A DNA stretch of 63,980 nucleotides, filler included, from Octopus bimaculoides (GCF_001194135.2; 5 parts of 5 records of this genome joined end to end with filler, not necessarily neighbours in it); one strand, 5' to 3'; counted from the whole stretch's first letter, positions 37,674-50,692 are shown. The notes: a model not told the origin generated them from the sequence alone. Numbers and translations: made by a program.

Positions 37674-38424
37674 ATTTATCCACTACATGCAGTTCTCCAG
37701 TATGTTCGCCAACGTCTTCACACTGACCGCCATGGCAGTCAACCGCTACGTCGCCATACGTTTCCCGATCTGGACGAGGCTCCGCCGTAACCACAAAGAT
37801 GTCGTCATTATCAGTCTAGTCATTTGGATTGTGGCTCTTTGCCTCGGCATTCCATCGTCCCTTATCTACACTACTGTGGAATATCAAGGAAACTTTTACT
37901 GCACAGACTCCTTTCAAGATAAACGCCATTTAAGGCCGACATTTTTCCTTCTCAATTTCTTAATCGGTTACGTAATCCCACTGAGTACTATTCTGATTCT
38001 TAGCACTCTCACCGTATGTAATATGTGGAACTCAACTAATATGGAAGGCATAAACGCTGCTGAATCTCTTCGCAACAAACGTAGAGCTACGAAAATCGTA
38101 ATATCTCTGGTTTTAGTGTTTGCCTGTATGTGGTTTCCTTACCATTTGTTTTGGATATGGGTGAACTATTTCCATGACAGCTTCGAATGGTCGTATGCAT
38201 TCTATTATTTCCAAGTATTTGCTTATTTGTTAGCTTTTACGAATTCTGCTTTAAATCCATTGGTCTACGCGTTCTGCTCGGAAACTTTCCGAAAGAAATT
38301 GTGTATTTGGTCAAAACGCAAGCAAGATCATTCGTTGCTGTCTCATTCGAGATTAACTAATTATTCTATTCGATCAATCCCTCAAAATACTCAAGAAATT
38401 CCAATGGACAAAATATCTCTGTAA
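37674..38424 (+). CDS. Exon 2 (TM3-TM7, C-tail) of the same galanin/allatostatin-A receptor-like GPCR
   Basis: A polypyrimidine tract and TTCCAG| acceptor end at 37673. The spliced AG+A restores CRFIHYMQFSSMFANVFTLTAMAVNRY, close to GALR1 CKFIHY...AMSVDRY as I recall it. Also W4.50, ECL2 Cys (FYCTDSF), TM5 GYVIP, TM6 MWFPYH and TM7 NSALNPLVYAFCSETFRKK; stop TAA at 38422-38424. Total CDS 1227 nt, 408 aa. Confidence 0.93.
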
Positions 38425-38673
38425 ACAAACAAAAACAAATAAGCATATATTTTGTCTTTTTTTTTATTATCACGACTTCTAAACAATAGCATCATTGGTT
38501 AAAAGTTACAACATAACAATTACTGGTTCACTGTATTTGTAAACGGCGACAAGGACTGTCTGTAACTCTGTGTAAAACAAATATCGCAAAAAACACGAGT
38601 TTTTTCCTTTTTTTTTTACGGTTTTGTCACCTGTGTATACATCTTTCAACCATATACATCGGCAATATTTAAA

Positions 38674-39081
38674 ATTCATGTTCAGTTAAATGAAGGGGGA
38701 AAATGGAGAGTTAAGATAATAATAATTATCTATTATTAAAAAACTAGGTAATCTCTACTTCTTACAGCCGTTTCCATTAGTGCTCAATAAGAAAATTACA
38801 AATTTATGCTATAAATTTGCAATTATATGTTATGAGCATAGTTTCATCAGAGAAAAAGAGTCTGCTTGCATGAAAGGAAAGGTCAGCGTGTAATATCTAA
38901 ACTTTTCCTCTGATGAAATTATGCTCATAACATATAAATGCAAATTTATAAATTTGTAATCTTCCTATTGAGCACTAATGGAAACAGCTGTAAGAAGTAA
39001 AGATTACCAGTTTTTTAATAATAAAATATTATTATTATTTTAACTCTCCATTTTCTTTCCTTCATTTAACTGATCATGAAT
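38674..39081. repeat. Fold-back element: ~180-bp inverted arms with a 44-bp spacer, 250 bp past the GPCR stop
   Basis: 38674-38857 is an imperfect reverse complement of 38902-39081. Confidence 0.85.
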
Positions 39082-39221
39082 CTTATTCTAAATATATACC
39101 TATTGATTTAAAGAATTTTCATTTCCCAAATATACTAGGAATAGAACCAATATTTCCTTGGATGTAACCATCCCTTGATGAGGTTAACATATCCTCTAAG
39201 CAACTTTAATAATTAATATAC

Positions 39222-39262
<41 letters not shown>

Positions 39263-39271
39263 TGTGTGTGT

Positions 39272-39393
39272 GTGGAGGCGCAATGGCTCAGTGGTTAGGG
39301 CAGAGGACTCGCGGTCGGAGGATCGCGGTTTCGATTCCCAGACTGGGCGTTGTGTGTGTTTATTGAGCGAAAACACCTAAAGGTCTACGAGGC
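39272..39393 (+). mobile_element. SINE family A head, cut by a gap
   Basis: GTGGAGGCGCAATGGCTCAGTGGTTAGGGCAG..GGTTTCGATTCCC (A and B boxes). Confidence 0.85.
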
Positions 39394-39697
39394 NNNNNNN
39401 NNNNNNNNNNNNNNNNNNNNNNNNNNNNNNNNNNNNNNNNNNNNNNNNNNNNNNNNNNNNNAGCTGTAAGAAGTAAAGATTACCAGTTTTTTAATAATAA
39501 AATATTATTATTATTTTAACTCTCCATTTTCTTTCCTTCATTTAACTGATCATGAATCTTATTCTAAATATATACCTATTGATTTAAAGAATTTTCATTT
39601 CCCAAATATACTAGGAATAGAACCAATATTTCCTTGGATGTAACCATCCCTTGATGAGGTTAACATATCCTCTAAGCAACTTTAATAATTAATATAC

Positions 39698-39737
<40 letters not shown>

Positions 39738-39869
39738 ATATATATATACATACATACAAACACATACGCACATGCATACATACATACGCACCTACATACA
39801 TGCATACATACATACTTACATGCATACATGCATAAGAAAAATAAGGTAAAACTCAATTTTAGTTTAATT

Positions 39870-40075
39870 TAAAGTTCCTACTCGTGTTTCGCCATTATGG
39901 TTGTTTGGAGCTCTGCTATGGAAGTTCCAAATGCATATAAAAGCTCAACCACGCCGAATCCAAGGGATCCGGCGTGTTTCCTGACGATCCAGCGTGACTG
40001 AGCATCTACGTACATTTGGAATTCCTAGCATAGGGCTCCAAACAGCCAGATGGTGAAACGCGCATAGGAATTTTA
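39870..40075. repeat. Small fold-back with ~65-bp arms and a structured loop
   Basis: 39870-39936 vs 40011-40075 inverted (roughly 80% by eye); inner hairpin CACGCCG..CGGCGTG. Confidence 0.75.
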
Positions 40076-40263
40076 ATATAAACTAGCGTTTATACTTATT
40101 ATCCCTACAGTTGCTATGTAGCTCATAACTGGTAATACTATTCAGCGTGGAAGTTACTTAACAACTATACAGAAAACAGATGAGGGCGGACTTCGGATTT
40201 AGGAAGCACCAACAGGTTGGAATTTCTTCGTTTTGATGGGGTTTTTCAGATTTTTTTTTTTTT

Positions 40264-41041
40264 GGATCTAGTTTAAAACGGGGGCACCAGTTTTCATTAA
40301 TGTTTTATGTAGTGTTTTTGGTACCGAAAGACTTTCAAACTTCGTATACTTATCTANNNNNNNNNNNNNNNNNNNNNNNNNNNNNNNNNNNNNNNNNNNN
40401 NNNNNNNNNNNNNNNNNNNNNNNNNNNNNNNNNNNNNNNNNNNNNNNNNNNNNNNNNNNNNNNNNNNNNNNNNNNNNNNNNNNNNNNNNNNNNNNNNNNN
40501 NNNNNNNNNNNNNNNNNNNNNNNNNNNNNNNNNNNNNNNNNNNNNNNNNNNNNNNNNNNNNNNNNNNNNNNNNNNNNNNNNNNNNNNNNNNNNNNNNNNN
40601 NNNNNNNNNNNNNNNNNNNNNNNNNNNNNNNNNNNNNNNNNNNNNNNNNNNNNNNNNNNNNNNNNNNNNNNNNNNNNNNNNNNNNNNNNNNNNNNNNNNN
40701 NNNNNNNNNNNNNNNNNNNNNNNNNNNNNNNNNNNNNNNNNNNNNNNNNNNNNNNNNNNNNNNNNNNNNNNNNNNNNNNNNNNNNNNNNNNNNNNNNNNN
40801 NNNNNNNNNNNNNNNNNNNNNNNNNNNNNNNNNNNNNNNNNNNNNNNNNNNNNNNNNNNNNNNNNNNNNNNNNNNNNNNNNNNNNNNNNNNNNNNNNNNN
40901 NNNNNNNNNNNNNNNTTTTGTTAAGAAGACTAAGAGTAAAAGATGTTTTATATGACACATTCTACCAGTGTCCCAAGTTTCAAAGTGTTTCGTTAGTGTT
41001 TCGTTAAGAAAATACTGGTGCCCCCGTTTTAAATTAGATCC
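40264..41041. mobile_element. TIR DNA element (27-bp TIRs), interior mostly in a gap
   Basis: GGATCTAGTTTAAAACGGGGGCACCAG (40264-90) / CTGGTGCCCCCGTTTTAAATTAGATCC (41015-41), one mismatch; T-runs on both flanks. Confidence 0.75.
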
Positions 41042-41057
41042 TTTTTTTTTTTTTCAC

Positions 41058-41298
41058 AGTGCCATTGAAAAGCTCTGGACTATCTTTTTAGCAAAATCTT
41101 CCTTTAATCATACACTATTTCGTCTGAAAATATTTACTTTTTTTCTTACCGAAAAGGCTTCTCCGATAGTTTTTAAGCATGTGGTGTCCCAATATCGTGT
41201 AGTGCCCCCAAATCGGTCGGGGGTGGTGTAGAAAAAAAAATCATTTTTCGGAAATTTTTTTGCTAAAATGATAATCCAGAGTATTTCCAAAGGCACCG
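41058..41298. mobile_element. Degenerate MITE with ~40-bp inverted ends
   Basis: GTGCCATTGAAAAGCTCTGGACTATCTTTTTAGCAAAA vs the reverse complement of TTTTGCTAAAATGATAATCCAGAGTATTTCCAAAGGCAC. Confidence 0.55.
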
Positions 41299-42012
41299 TA
41301 GAAAACAAAAAAGGAAAAATCCTCTTCAAAACGAAGAAATTCTAACTTGATAATGCTTCCTAAGTCCAACGTCCGCCGAGATGGGATTATAATAAATCTA
41401 GATGGAGGTCTAAACATAACAGTGACAATCGTACATCAACTTGTACACATAATTTCTACTTAAACACTACCTACAAGGTAACAGTTGACAATGGCTCGAA
41501 GTTTCGCCATGGGTCGCCTTCGTAATACTGTCTGATTCTTTAGTCCTTGGTGCTATTTATATGCTTAGGCTCGGCTTATGAGCAGAGTAGAAACGAGTTG
41601 AACGTGCTATAAGAATATAATTAGTATTTAAAACAAAAGAATTTTTTATAGTTTGACTAAGCCGACCAATGACAACATTTCGAAGTCCCTGTCAACATCT
41701 TCCTTGAAACAATAAATTTAAAACCTTTCCTAAATGCATTGAATCATCTTTCTGTGAACATTTGACTGTTTTTATGTATAACTGAACATTAAAAAATCCA
41801 CGTTCACATATAATACATACATGCGTTTTGCTCCATTTATCATTATTCTTCATATCTTCTCAAAATACATCACTTTAACTTGGTATTTCTACCTATTAAA
41901 CGGGTGTGATATCCCAGTTTTTGTGTGATTTTTGCTACCCATGGTAACTATTAACATATTTACATTATCGAAGATTTTTCAACCGAGATAATATTAATAT
42001 ATACATAAATTG

Positions 42013-42053
<41 letters not shown>

Positions 42054-42057
<4 letters not shown>

Positions 42058-42094
42058 CGGGTTTCTGGGTATTTACCCTTCGTCAGCGTACCCG
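42054..42094 (-). ncRNA. Hammerhead-like motif between microsatellites, 3' strand of stem I missing
   Basis: Minus strand: GGGTACG / CTGACGA / A-GGGT-AAAT-ACCC-A / GAA / ACCCGGGT / A, then (TA)n. Confidence 0.55.
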
Positions 42095-42126
<32 letters not shown>

Positions 42127-44438
42127 CTGTCTGTCTGTGTGTGTGTGTCTGTGTGTCTGTCTGTGTGTGTGTGTCTGTCTGTGTGTACATAATATAATAT
42201 GATATATATATATATATATACATGCATATACATATGTAATATATAGTATACACACACACATACATATACACATAAATACTCATATATATTGTGGTGCTAA
42301 AATTATTACTACTCGGGGTTTCGGTTATCCCTATTCATTATACTCTGTAAATGTACCTACCTACCGACATACATACATACATACATACATACATACATAC
42401 ATACATACATACATACATACATACATACGTATATATTCATACTGGCGCTATGCTAGAACATAACTCCAAGGTCGATAACTCTGCTTTTTTTTCAGTTTTG
42501 TTTACTTGACAATGAAAGAGCAACATTCGACCGGTTGACTACAACTAAAGTGGTTGCCTGGTTTACGGATTAAATGTGGTGGGGGGGTGTATTACGAAGA
42601 TATCTCTCTCTTGTCTCTGCATACATAAATACCCTTATCCACCAACAAGTCTACTTACTTTACAAGCCATCTACAAGGGGGTAAACTACCCACCAAATTC
42701 AGTTCTGATTATTCGATCTCGTTACAGAATACAATAACAGTGCTCTGTGGTGAAGCTACAGAATTATTATTGCTCTCCATATTTCCAATGTATTCTGCAC
42801 TAACAGCAAATAAGTCATCTCTCTCTGACAACCGAAACGTTAAACTGCTCACTTTCTTCACTGCAGTCTAAACTATTCGACTTTTTGAACATTTCGTACT
42901 AACTTTTTCCCACACAGACCATCACTAGTATTCTCGCATTCTGCTGTTTTACAGCAAAATTTTTAGGGTTTTAGTGAGGTGGAAAAGGTGCATGTGGCTA
43001 AGGCCCTTGTAATATTATAATCTTCTGATTTAATAAGAGTCATGATAAAGAACATCAAGAAATACGAAGACAAGTTAAAATTCACTGCCACATTAATTTT
43101 GCCGCTAAAAGAAAATACAGCAATTGGTTTACATGAATAATTCTATTTTTTAAAATACATATGTCTCTCGTGTTTCTTGAAGATGAAGATGTACGCGAGA
43201 AAAACATAAAACATGGCGATAAGAATCAGTTGACAATACTCTCTTCACTGCGAAAGTACAGCGGAATAAAACTGCTCTCATGCCGAAGATCCGAACTCTT
43301 TTGTGACGACCAACCTCACTGAGGAATACGCGGAAAAGCTTCCTCTAAATATCTGATGATGATGCGCTTAGCTAGTGGACAGTCCGCGTAAAGCTAGGAC
43401 TCGACCGTCACGTAATGAGCCAAAATGTAGGTACCTAAATGTAAAAAGGCAAAATGTGTGTACCAAAAGGTGGGTAGTTAAAGGTAAAGAGTGAACGTGC
43501 TTTCTACCGATTCTTACATTATGTTCTTACATAACGAACTAGGAAAATTTGACAGGAATCTTTTCGCCATGAACATTAAGAATGTAAGGGAAGTGGCTTC
43601 TAGCTGGATAATGCAATTATACTAGAACAATGTAAAGTGAAATAAAAACGCTGGTTCCTTTTTAACGAAGTCGAAAACAGCTCTATTGGGCCTAAATTTT
43701 TTTAAAGGACAGAAATATCAATCATGTGACATTGATATCCTGAAATGTAGTTTCCTTTTTACTATATAATGCAACAGGGATTGTAAATGAATCCTTTAAC
43801 GAAAGCTATACGAGACTCTTGATGGAGTTTGATGCAAACATGACATTTATGATGGTTTCTGAAGCTGTAGGCTTTATTTACTTATCGAATTTATTAAACA
43901 TGTAACAATAACACCATGAACGTCGGATTCTTGGTTTGGAAACAGACTTGTGGTTGTGATACAGCTATGTAAACTTCTAATAAATTCAACCTGAAGTTGT
44001 TGTCATTGTTTTTACTGTTGTCATCGTCATTATTATTGTTGATGTTGTTTTGCTCTTGTTGTATAATTTCAGTTTAAAAGCTCTAACCCGGAGCAAATTA
44101 ATCATCCGAGGCATTCCTGGCCATATATTGAGCGATTATTTTTCCATTCACAGAGCAGAAATAGAATGGTTTGTTTGTCTTTTAATTGTAAAATAAGATC
44201 CCTTTTCTTTCAGATGTGGTAACTTTTTAACCAAATTACACAATTTCAGGTATTTTTCCTGAAATGGTTAGCTTTCTCAGTATTCTTCACAAAAAATAGT
44301 TTTTAGGGGCATCAGAATAAGATTGCAGGAGAAGGAAGTCACACTTTACTCTTATTACAGTAGCTTGCAGGTTAATTTCTGAATTTCAAAGTCACAAAGA
44401 AGGATTTGTCCATTTCTCGTGTGTTGTGTGGTTCAACT

Positions 44439-44732
44439 GTGAAGGCGCAATAGCCCAGTTGTTAAGGCAGCGGACTCGCGGTCGTAGGATCGCAGTTTCG
44501 ATTCCCAGACTGGGCGTTGTGAGTGTTTATTGAACGAAAAGACTTAATGTTCCACGAGGCTCCGGCAGGAGGTGGTGGCGGACCCTGCTGTACTCTTTCA
44601 CCACTACTTTCTCTCACTCTTTCTTCCTGTTTCTGTTGTACCTGTATTTCAAAGGGCCCAGCCTTGTCACAGTCTCTGTCACGATGAATCTCCCCGAGAA
44701 CTACGTTAAGGGTACACGTGTCTGTGGAGTGC
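44439..44732 (+). mobile_element. SINE family A, 3'-truncated
   Basis: Colinear with 46082-46355. Confidence 0.85.
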
Positions 44733-46081
44733 CGTACTACTTATGGTTCAACTATAACTTGATCATTCTGACGGTGTATCGTAGAAGCACCAAATAGTCT
44801 CTGGTGCTTTTTATTACTTCTTTGAACATTTCTCAAATTAAGCAACACTGTCCTTCGTTCATGGCTTCTTTTCTTTTCTTTTTTTTTTTACTGCGTTCTC
44901 GATTCCTTTCGCGAAGTTCTTGATATTCTGCTTGCTTTTCATTCATTATTCGTGTCTTTTGCCTCATTCAACTCCCCTCTCTCTCTCTCTATCATTCTTT
45001 CTATTTCTCTCTCACTCTCGTTCCATATGTTCGGCTCACCATTTCCCTTCCATCTCTTCGTATATTGATTTTCTCTTTTAGACTGTAAGTATTCTGCACT
45101 TTCGTTCGCAGTTATTCTGGCCTTTCTTCTTTGTTAGTTTTGTTTAGAACGTAACTTTCTTTTTGTTTTTTTGTCTTAGTCTAAAATGTCTCGTGTTGCT
45201 TCAAGTTTCAATCTTGCTCCAAAATGAAAGTTTAAATACGACGAGAAAATATAATTAAAAGTTTAAAACTTCGTAGGAATTAAAAAAGAAAAGAAGATGC
45301 CTAAGAAAAGACTGGTAAACGAAAGCAAGAAACTCGACTACTTTCCTGGTCTTATTGCCGGTTTGTCTAACAACAGATAAAAATAATGGTTCGAACGGGG
45401 TTGCTTCCCGTCAAAATCGTCTGTGTCGTCTGCTTCTAGTCTTCCATTTTGTTCCATAACGAAGACTTGTTTAAATGTTAAATAATAAATAAAATTTACA
45501 GAAGTGTAAACTGACAACGGAAGCTAATAAAAGATACCAAGAAACTGTAATCCTTTCCGTACTGTCTGCTTGATTAACTACGACATATAAAAATAATAAT
45601 CGAAGAAGTTTGAGCAAAGTACCAGTGGAAATTTCACCTTTTTAAAATTTCCTAATTTGTATTTTGAAACAAATTTATGTAACTTCATGAAAACTGTTTC
45701 ATTGATTGTTAAAGATTTTTAGGGTAATAAACCACTCAATAGATTGAATTTATATTAAAGAAAATTGATTTAGCTCAGATGTAAATTTAACCAAAATTAT
45801 TTGCCCTCCATGCAGGCCATTGCCACTGTCACCCTTACATATTTATTACCTCCACCTTCCTTGCTTTCTTATTGTCTGACTATAACAGATAATTGCCTCT
45901 AATATAAGCACAAGGCCTGAAATGTTGGGGGGAATGGATTAATCCATTACATTGACCCCAGAAAATGTATAAAACGTGAAATTTCCACTGATAATTTAAC
46001 TAGATCCAAAAACGGGATTTCTACATGTCCCCTGCTCGAACTTCTTCGATTGTTATTTTTATCTGTTGTAGTTAGTCAAGC

Positions 46082-46448
46082 GTGGAGGCGCAATGGCCCA
46101 GTGGTTAGGGCAGCGAACTCGCGGTCGTAGGATCGTGGTTTCGATTCCCAGACCGGGCGTTGTGAGTGTTTATTGAGCGAAAACACCTGCTCCGGCAGGG
46201 GATGGTGGCGAACCCTGCTGTACTTTCACCACAACTTTCTCTCACTCTTTCTTCCTGTTTCTGTTGTGCCTGTAATTCAAAGGTTCAGCCTTGTCAGTCT
46301 CTGTCACGCTGAATCTCCCCGAGAACTGTGTTAAGGGTACACGTGTCTGTGGAGTGCTCAGCCACTTGCACGTTAATTTCACGAGCAGGCTGTTCCGTTG
46401 ATTGGATCAACTGGAACCCTCGTCGTCGTAACCAACGGAGTGCCAACA
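46082..46448 (+). mobile_element. SINE family A, full length
   Basis: A box TGGCCCAGTGG, B box GGTTTCGATTCC, body and tail ending GGAGTGCCAACAA. Confidence 0.88.
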
Positions 46449-46831
46449 AAGTTAGTCAAGCAGACAGCAAGGAAAAGATTCTAGTTTCTTGGTACCTTTT
46501 TTTAGCTTCTATTGTCTGTTTACACTTCCTAGACAGGTTGGAAGACTACGTATTTCTTGTATACAAGCAATATGTGGTTTTCCAACTTGTCTAGGAGGGC
46601 AATACTGCAAGTGAGAAACAACTCAGATTGACAACCCATAAAAGCATGAAAAGCAGACGTCAAAGGGTGATGATAATGATGACGACAATGATCATGATGA
46701 TAATGAATGCTTCTCGCAGGAAATGCCGACATTTAGCTAATGTATAATGAATTGAAGGAAAGACAACTCAACCTGCTAGAAATAGCAGCCAAACCATCTG
46801 AGATTTGACAACGTAGTTTTACAGATGCAAA

Positions 46832-47330
46832 TATGGCTGTATGGTTAGGATACTTGTTTTGCAACTATTTAGTTTTAGGTTCAATCCCACCGCGAAGTAG
46901 TGTGTTTATCATGCTGGCATGGGTTGGATAGATCATCTCACAGCCTCTACTAGGAAATATTGCCTTACTTATCACCAGTTAACCAAACCCAAGTGAGATT
47001 TTCGTTGAAACTGAGCGGAAATTTGCCTTCGAAAGGTGTGAAGAGCATTATTCCTGTTCTATTATGGCACTTTGGGCAAGTGTCTTCTATTGTAGCTTCA
47101 GACAGAAACTGTGTAGTACACATTGAGTGTGTGTGTGTTTCTGTTTGTGTGTCCCCTGCTGCTTGACAGCTGATGTTAGTTTATGTCCCCATAAGTTAGC
47201 GGTTTGGTAAAAAAAAAAAAGACTGATAGAATAAGTACCAAACTTAATAAAAAAAAAAAAATACCAGGAGTCGATTTGTTCAGTGCCCCAGTATGGCCAG
47301 AGTCTAATGACTGAAAGAAGTTAACAGATA
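46832..47330 (+). mobile_element. Old SINE family C copy interrupted after its head
   Basis: Head at about 46832-46900; CORE-like GGCACTTTGGGCAAGTGTC resumes at about 47065; tail to about 47330. Confidence 0.6.
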
Positions 47331-47559
47331 GAAAAATATATATATAAAAATAGTAGTCGTTGCTGGATTACTTTTGGTCAAATGTCACCCATTAATCAAG
47401 ACAGAGTTAAACTTTGCTCAGTCTTGAATAAGAGGTTTTGAGGAAAAATAACTGGAGTCTTGTTTCTCAAAACTTTTAATGTATTGTGTGTGTGTGTTAC
47501 TATGTCCTTGCATTGACATCATGTGATGGTTGTAAATGAGTGTCATTCTCATGCAATGT

Positions 47560-48775
47560 TTTTCACTTCCAATCTTCCATGGAAATATGTTTGGACAGCA
47601 GGGATTATTATTTTGTGGAAACAGGTGAGGGTTGGCAATAGGAAGAGCATCTCATCTCATCATCGTTTAACGTCTGCTTTCCATACTGGTATGGGTTAGA
47701 CGGTTTGAATGGAACTGCTAAGCCGGAGAGCTGCACCAAGTTCCAGTCTGATTTCGTGTGGTTTCTATGGCTGGATGCCCTTCCAAATGCCAATCTGACC
47801 ATAACAAAATATGCCTCAATAAAAAAACTCTATCTAACCCATGCAAGCATGGAAAAGTGAACATTATTAAAATGACGATAATTATCCGAATAGAGACCCA
47901 TAAGTAGAAATATAACAAAAAACAAACAACCCAGGGCCTTTGGTATTCAGGATTGTCCATGTATCTGCACCAGTGTGTGCTGGCTGGGGAAAATTTTTTT
48001 TTTGAAGACCAATGATTGTCCATGCAAGCAAGTCTCCCTTCATCATGCCACTAATGTTATACGAGAGAATGACTGCTGCTAAGTTAGAGCCTGAAATAAC
48101 TTGCCATCAGTGTCATCATAGGTTTTACTGTTAGAAACACAAACAGCCAGAGAAGACACCACTGGACATCTTGTCTGCCATTTTGACAGTTCTACCAATC
48201 CAACACTCTGAATACTTGGATCATCATCGTCATCATCTAACGTCCATATTCACACTGGATTGAGTTAGACAGTTTGACAGGTTCCAATGGATCTGAGAAC
48301 TGCATAGCACTTCAGTGTCTGTGTTGGCATGGGGGATCTTCCTACATACAATCTTCAGCCTTTCTGAATGTCAACCACTTTACAGTGCATACCAGATGCT
48401 TCTTTGTGCCACCAAGTATATAATTTCTTTTTTTAAATTGACGTTGCCTTTCTGGCACTTGTGCTGGTGGCACGTCAAAAAACATTTGAGCGAGGTCGTT
48501 GCCAGTGCCGCTGGACTGGCTTCTGTGCAGGTGGCATGTAAAATACACCATTTTGAGCGTGGCCATTACCAGTACCACTTGACTGGCATGTAAAAGCACC
48601 CACTACACTCTCGGAGTGGTTGGCATTAGGAAGGGCATCCAGCTGTAGAAACTCTGCCAAATCAGATTGGAGCCTGGTGCAGCCATCTGGTTCACCAGTC
48701 CGCAGTCAAATCGTCCAACCCATGCCAGCATGGAAGGCGGACGTTAAACGATGATGATGATGATGATGACGACTG
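47560..48775. mobile_element. Cluster of SINE family D copies (RTE-like tail ..GGACGTTAAACGATGATGAT) in both orientations
   Basis: Plus copy at about 48440-48775 ends in (GAT)n; older minus copies at about 47560-47810 and 48225-48420. Confidence 0.7.
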
Positions 48776-50094
48776 AAAAGATGAAAGCCAAGGTTGGTTT
48801 TAGCAGGATTACAACAAATAAACAGGAATGATGCTCCACCTATTTCAATAAGACTTCTAGTTTCAATGTACCAAATCTTTACAAATCTCAATGGGTTTTT
48901 TTTTTAACTGGATTTTTTGCACGTTTCTCCTTTCCATTGCCCAAATATTGTTGAAAGTGTTAATCATGGTGTTAATATGTAGTTTACTAATTTGTCTACT
49001 ATTTGTAAGGCTCAAGTATGGCTGTGTAGCTAAGCAGTTTGTTTCCCAATATTTTTTTCAGATTCAATGCCACTGCACTCTAGTCCCAAGCTGATCAAAG
49101 CATTGTGTAGATTTAGTAGCAAGAAAATGAAGGTTCATAATATACATACATGCGTGTGTATGTATCACTTTGTTTTGACATTATGTGATGATTGGTAACA
49201 AGTGTCACTGTTATATATTCAGAGTCTCTGACATCCAATCTTCTGTGAGAAACATATCTTGCAGTGAGGAAATATTACCTGCTGAGAAACTGGTGAGTGT
49301 TGGCAACAGGAATGGTATACATCCCTAGAAAATTTACCTTCTCAAATTCCATCTGAACCATGCAAGTACAGAAACGTGGATGTTAAAAAAATGATGTGGA
49401 CTAAAATAAAAATAATGAAGTGGATTAAATATGCAGCTTCCTCATTTCTTTTCATATAAGACAATGTGTACCCCCTCTGACGTCTGCCTGTATTTTTTTT
49501 CTATTTTTCGTCAAATGGGGAATATGCTCCCTTATCTAATTTTCTTTTTTTATTTTCAGTTATATTGGGAAAATGTTTGTTCCCTTATTCAATTACAAGA
49601 AGAAAATATGCTCTCCCCACCTCCTACCACACCACATGCTCAAAACATTATAAAAGATGAAAAAAAATATTTTCACTATTTACAAATGTTTTAATGATCT
49701 TAAAATGAATTTTTTTTTTGTAATTTTATTTACAAATGATTTAAATGTATGTTTGTTTTGTTTCTTTCTTGTTTGTTTTGTCTTTGTTTAAAACTTTCAA
49801 TTGAAAAAAAAAAAAATTGATACAATAAAGAACTTTTAACCTTTAACCCTGTTGGTTAAAGACAGCTGACAAGTTTTATCAAATAAAAAGTTTTAAAAAG
49901 CAAGGAAGAAAAATCAGCACCGTATTAAATAAAGGACAAATATTGGGAAATGATTCCTTTTCTCCTGTTTTTAACACAACAGAGTTCTATACCCAAAAAG
50001 ATCGATAAAGTGTAGTTTGACCAATTAAAAACTACAAATGGATGAGGAGTAATAAACCAGTTCAATCCCAAATATTTGGCGGATTATAAATATT

Positions 50095-50305
50095 GGTTTC
50101 AAATTTCAAGGTCAGTGATTTGAGGGAGGGGGTAAGTCATTTACATCAACTTCAGTGCACAACTGGTACTTATTTTATCGACCCTGAAAGGATGAGAGGC
50201 GAAATCAACCTTGGCAGAATTTGAACTCAGAACGTAGAGACAAGCAGAATACTGCAAAGCATTTTGCCGGGCCTGCTAACAGTTCTGCAAGTTCACTGCC
50301 TTAAA
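50095..50305 (-). mobile_element. SINE family B, degenerate
   Basis: AACTGGTACTTATTTTATCGACCCTGAAAGGATGA..ATTTGAACTCAGAACGT. Confidence 0.75.
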
Positions 50306-50692
50306 TATTATAAGTGTTACACTACTGGAGTTAGTAAAATTACAAAGAGTTTGTTTTGTTTTTGCTTTTGTTGTTTTTTTTTTATGAAATAGCTGGATGA
50401 TATTTCAACAATTACCAAAACTTTTCAATTTAAGCTGAATTTAATTTCCTTTCAAATAATTTTTGAAATTTTTTTTTTTAAATATATTTCTGCTTCAAAA
50501 TGAAGCCAATTGGAATTATGAAAATAAAATGCAAAATATAAGAATTATTTTGAAATTGGTTAAATATGAAATAGTAACCTAATAGTAACTTCATATTACT
50601 ATTTTTTTGTTGTTGTTTTTGTTTCAGATTTTAACACTAAAATTCTGTTATTAGTTGCAAAGAGTTTAAAAAATATACAAAACGAAAAATTA

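Noticed and set aside
38986-39735. Direct duplication of ~270 bp (38986 onward and 39462 onward)
   Set aside because: The copies look identical and flank an N gap, so this is probably a contig-overlap or haplotype assembly artefact.
46082-46160. tRNA gene (also the heads at 39272, 44439 and 940-1022)
   Set aside because: A and B boxes are present but continue into a shared SINE body; no acceptor stem closure.
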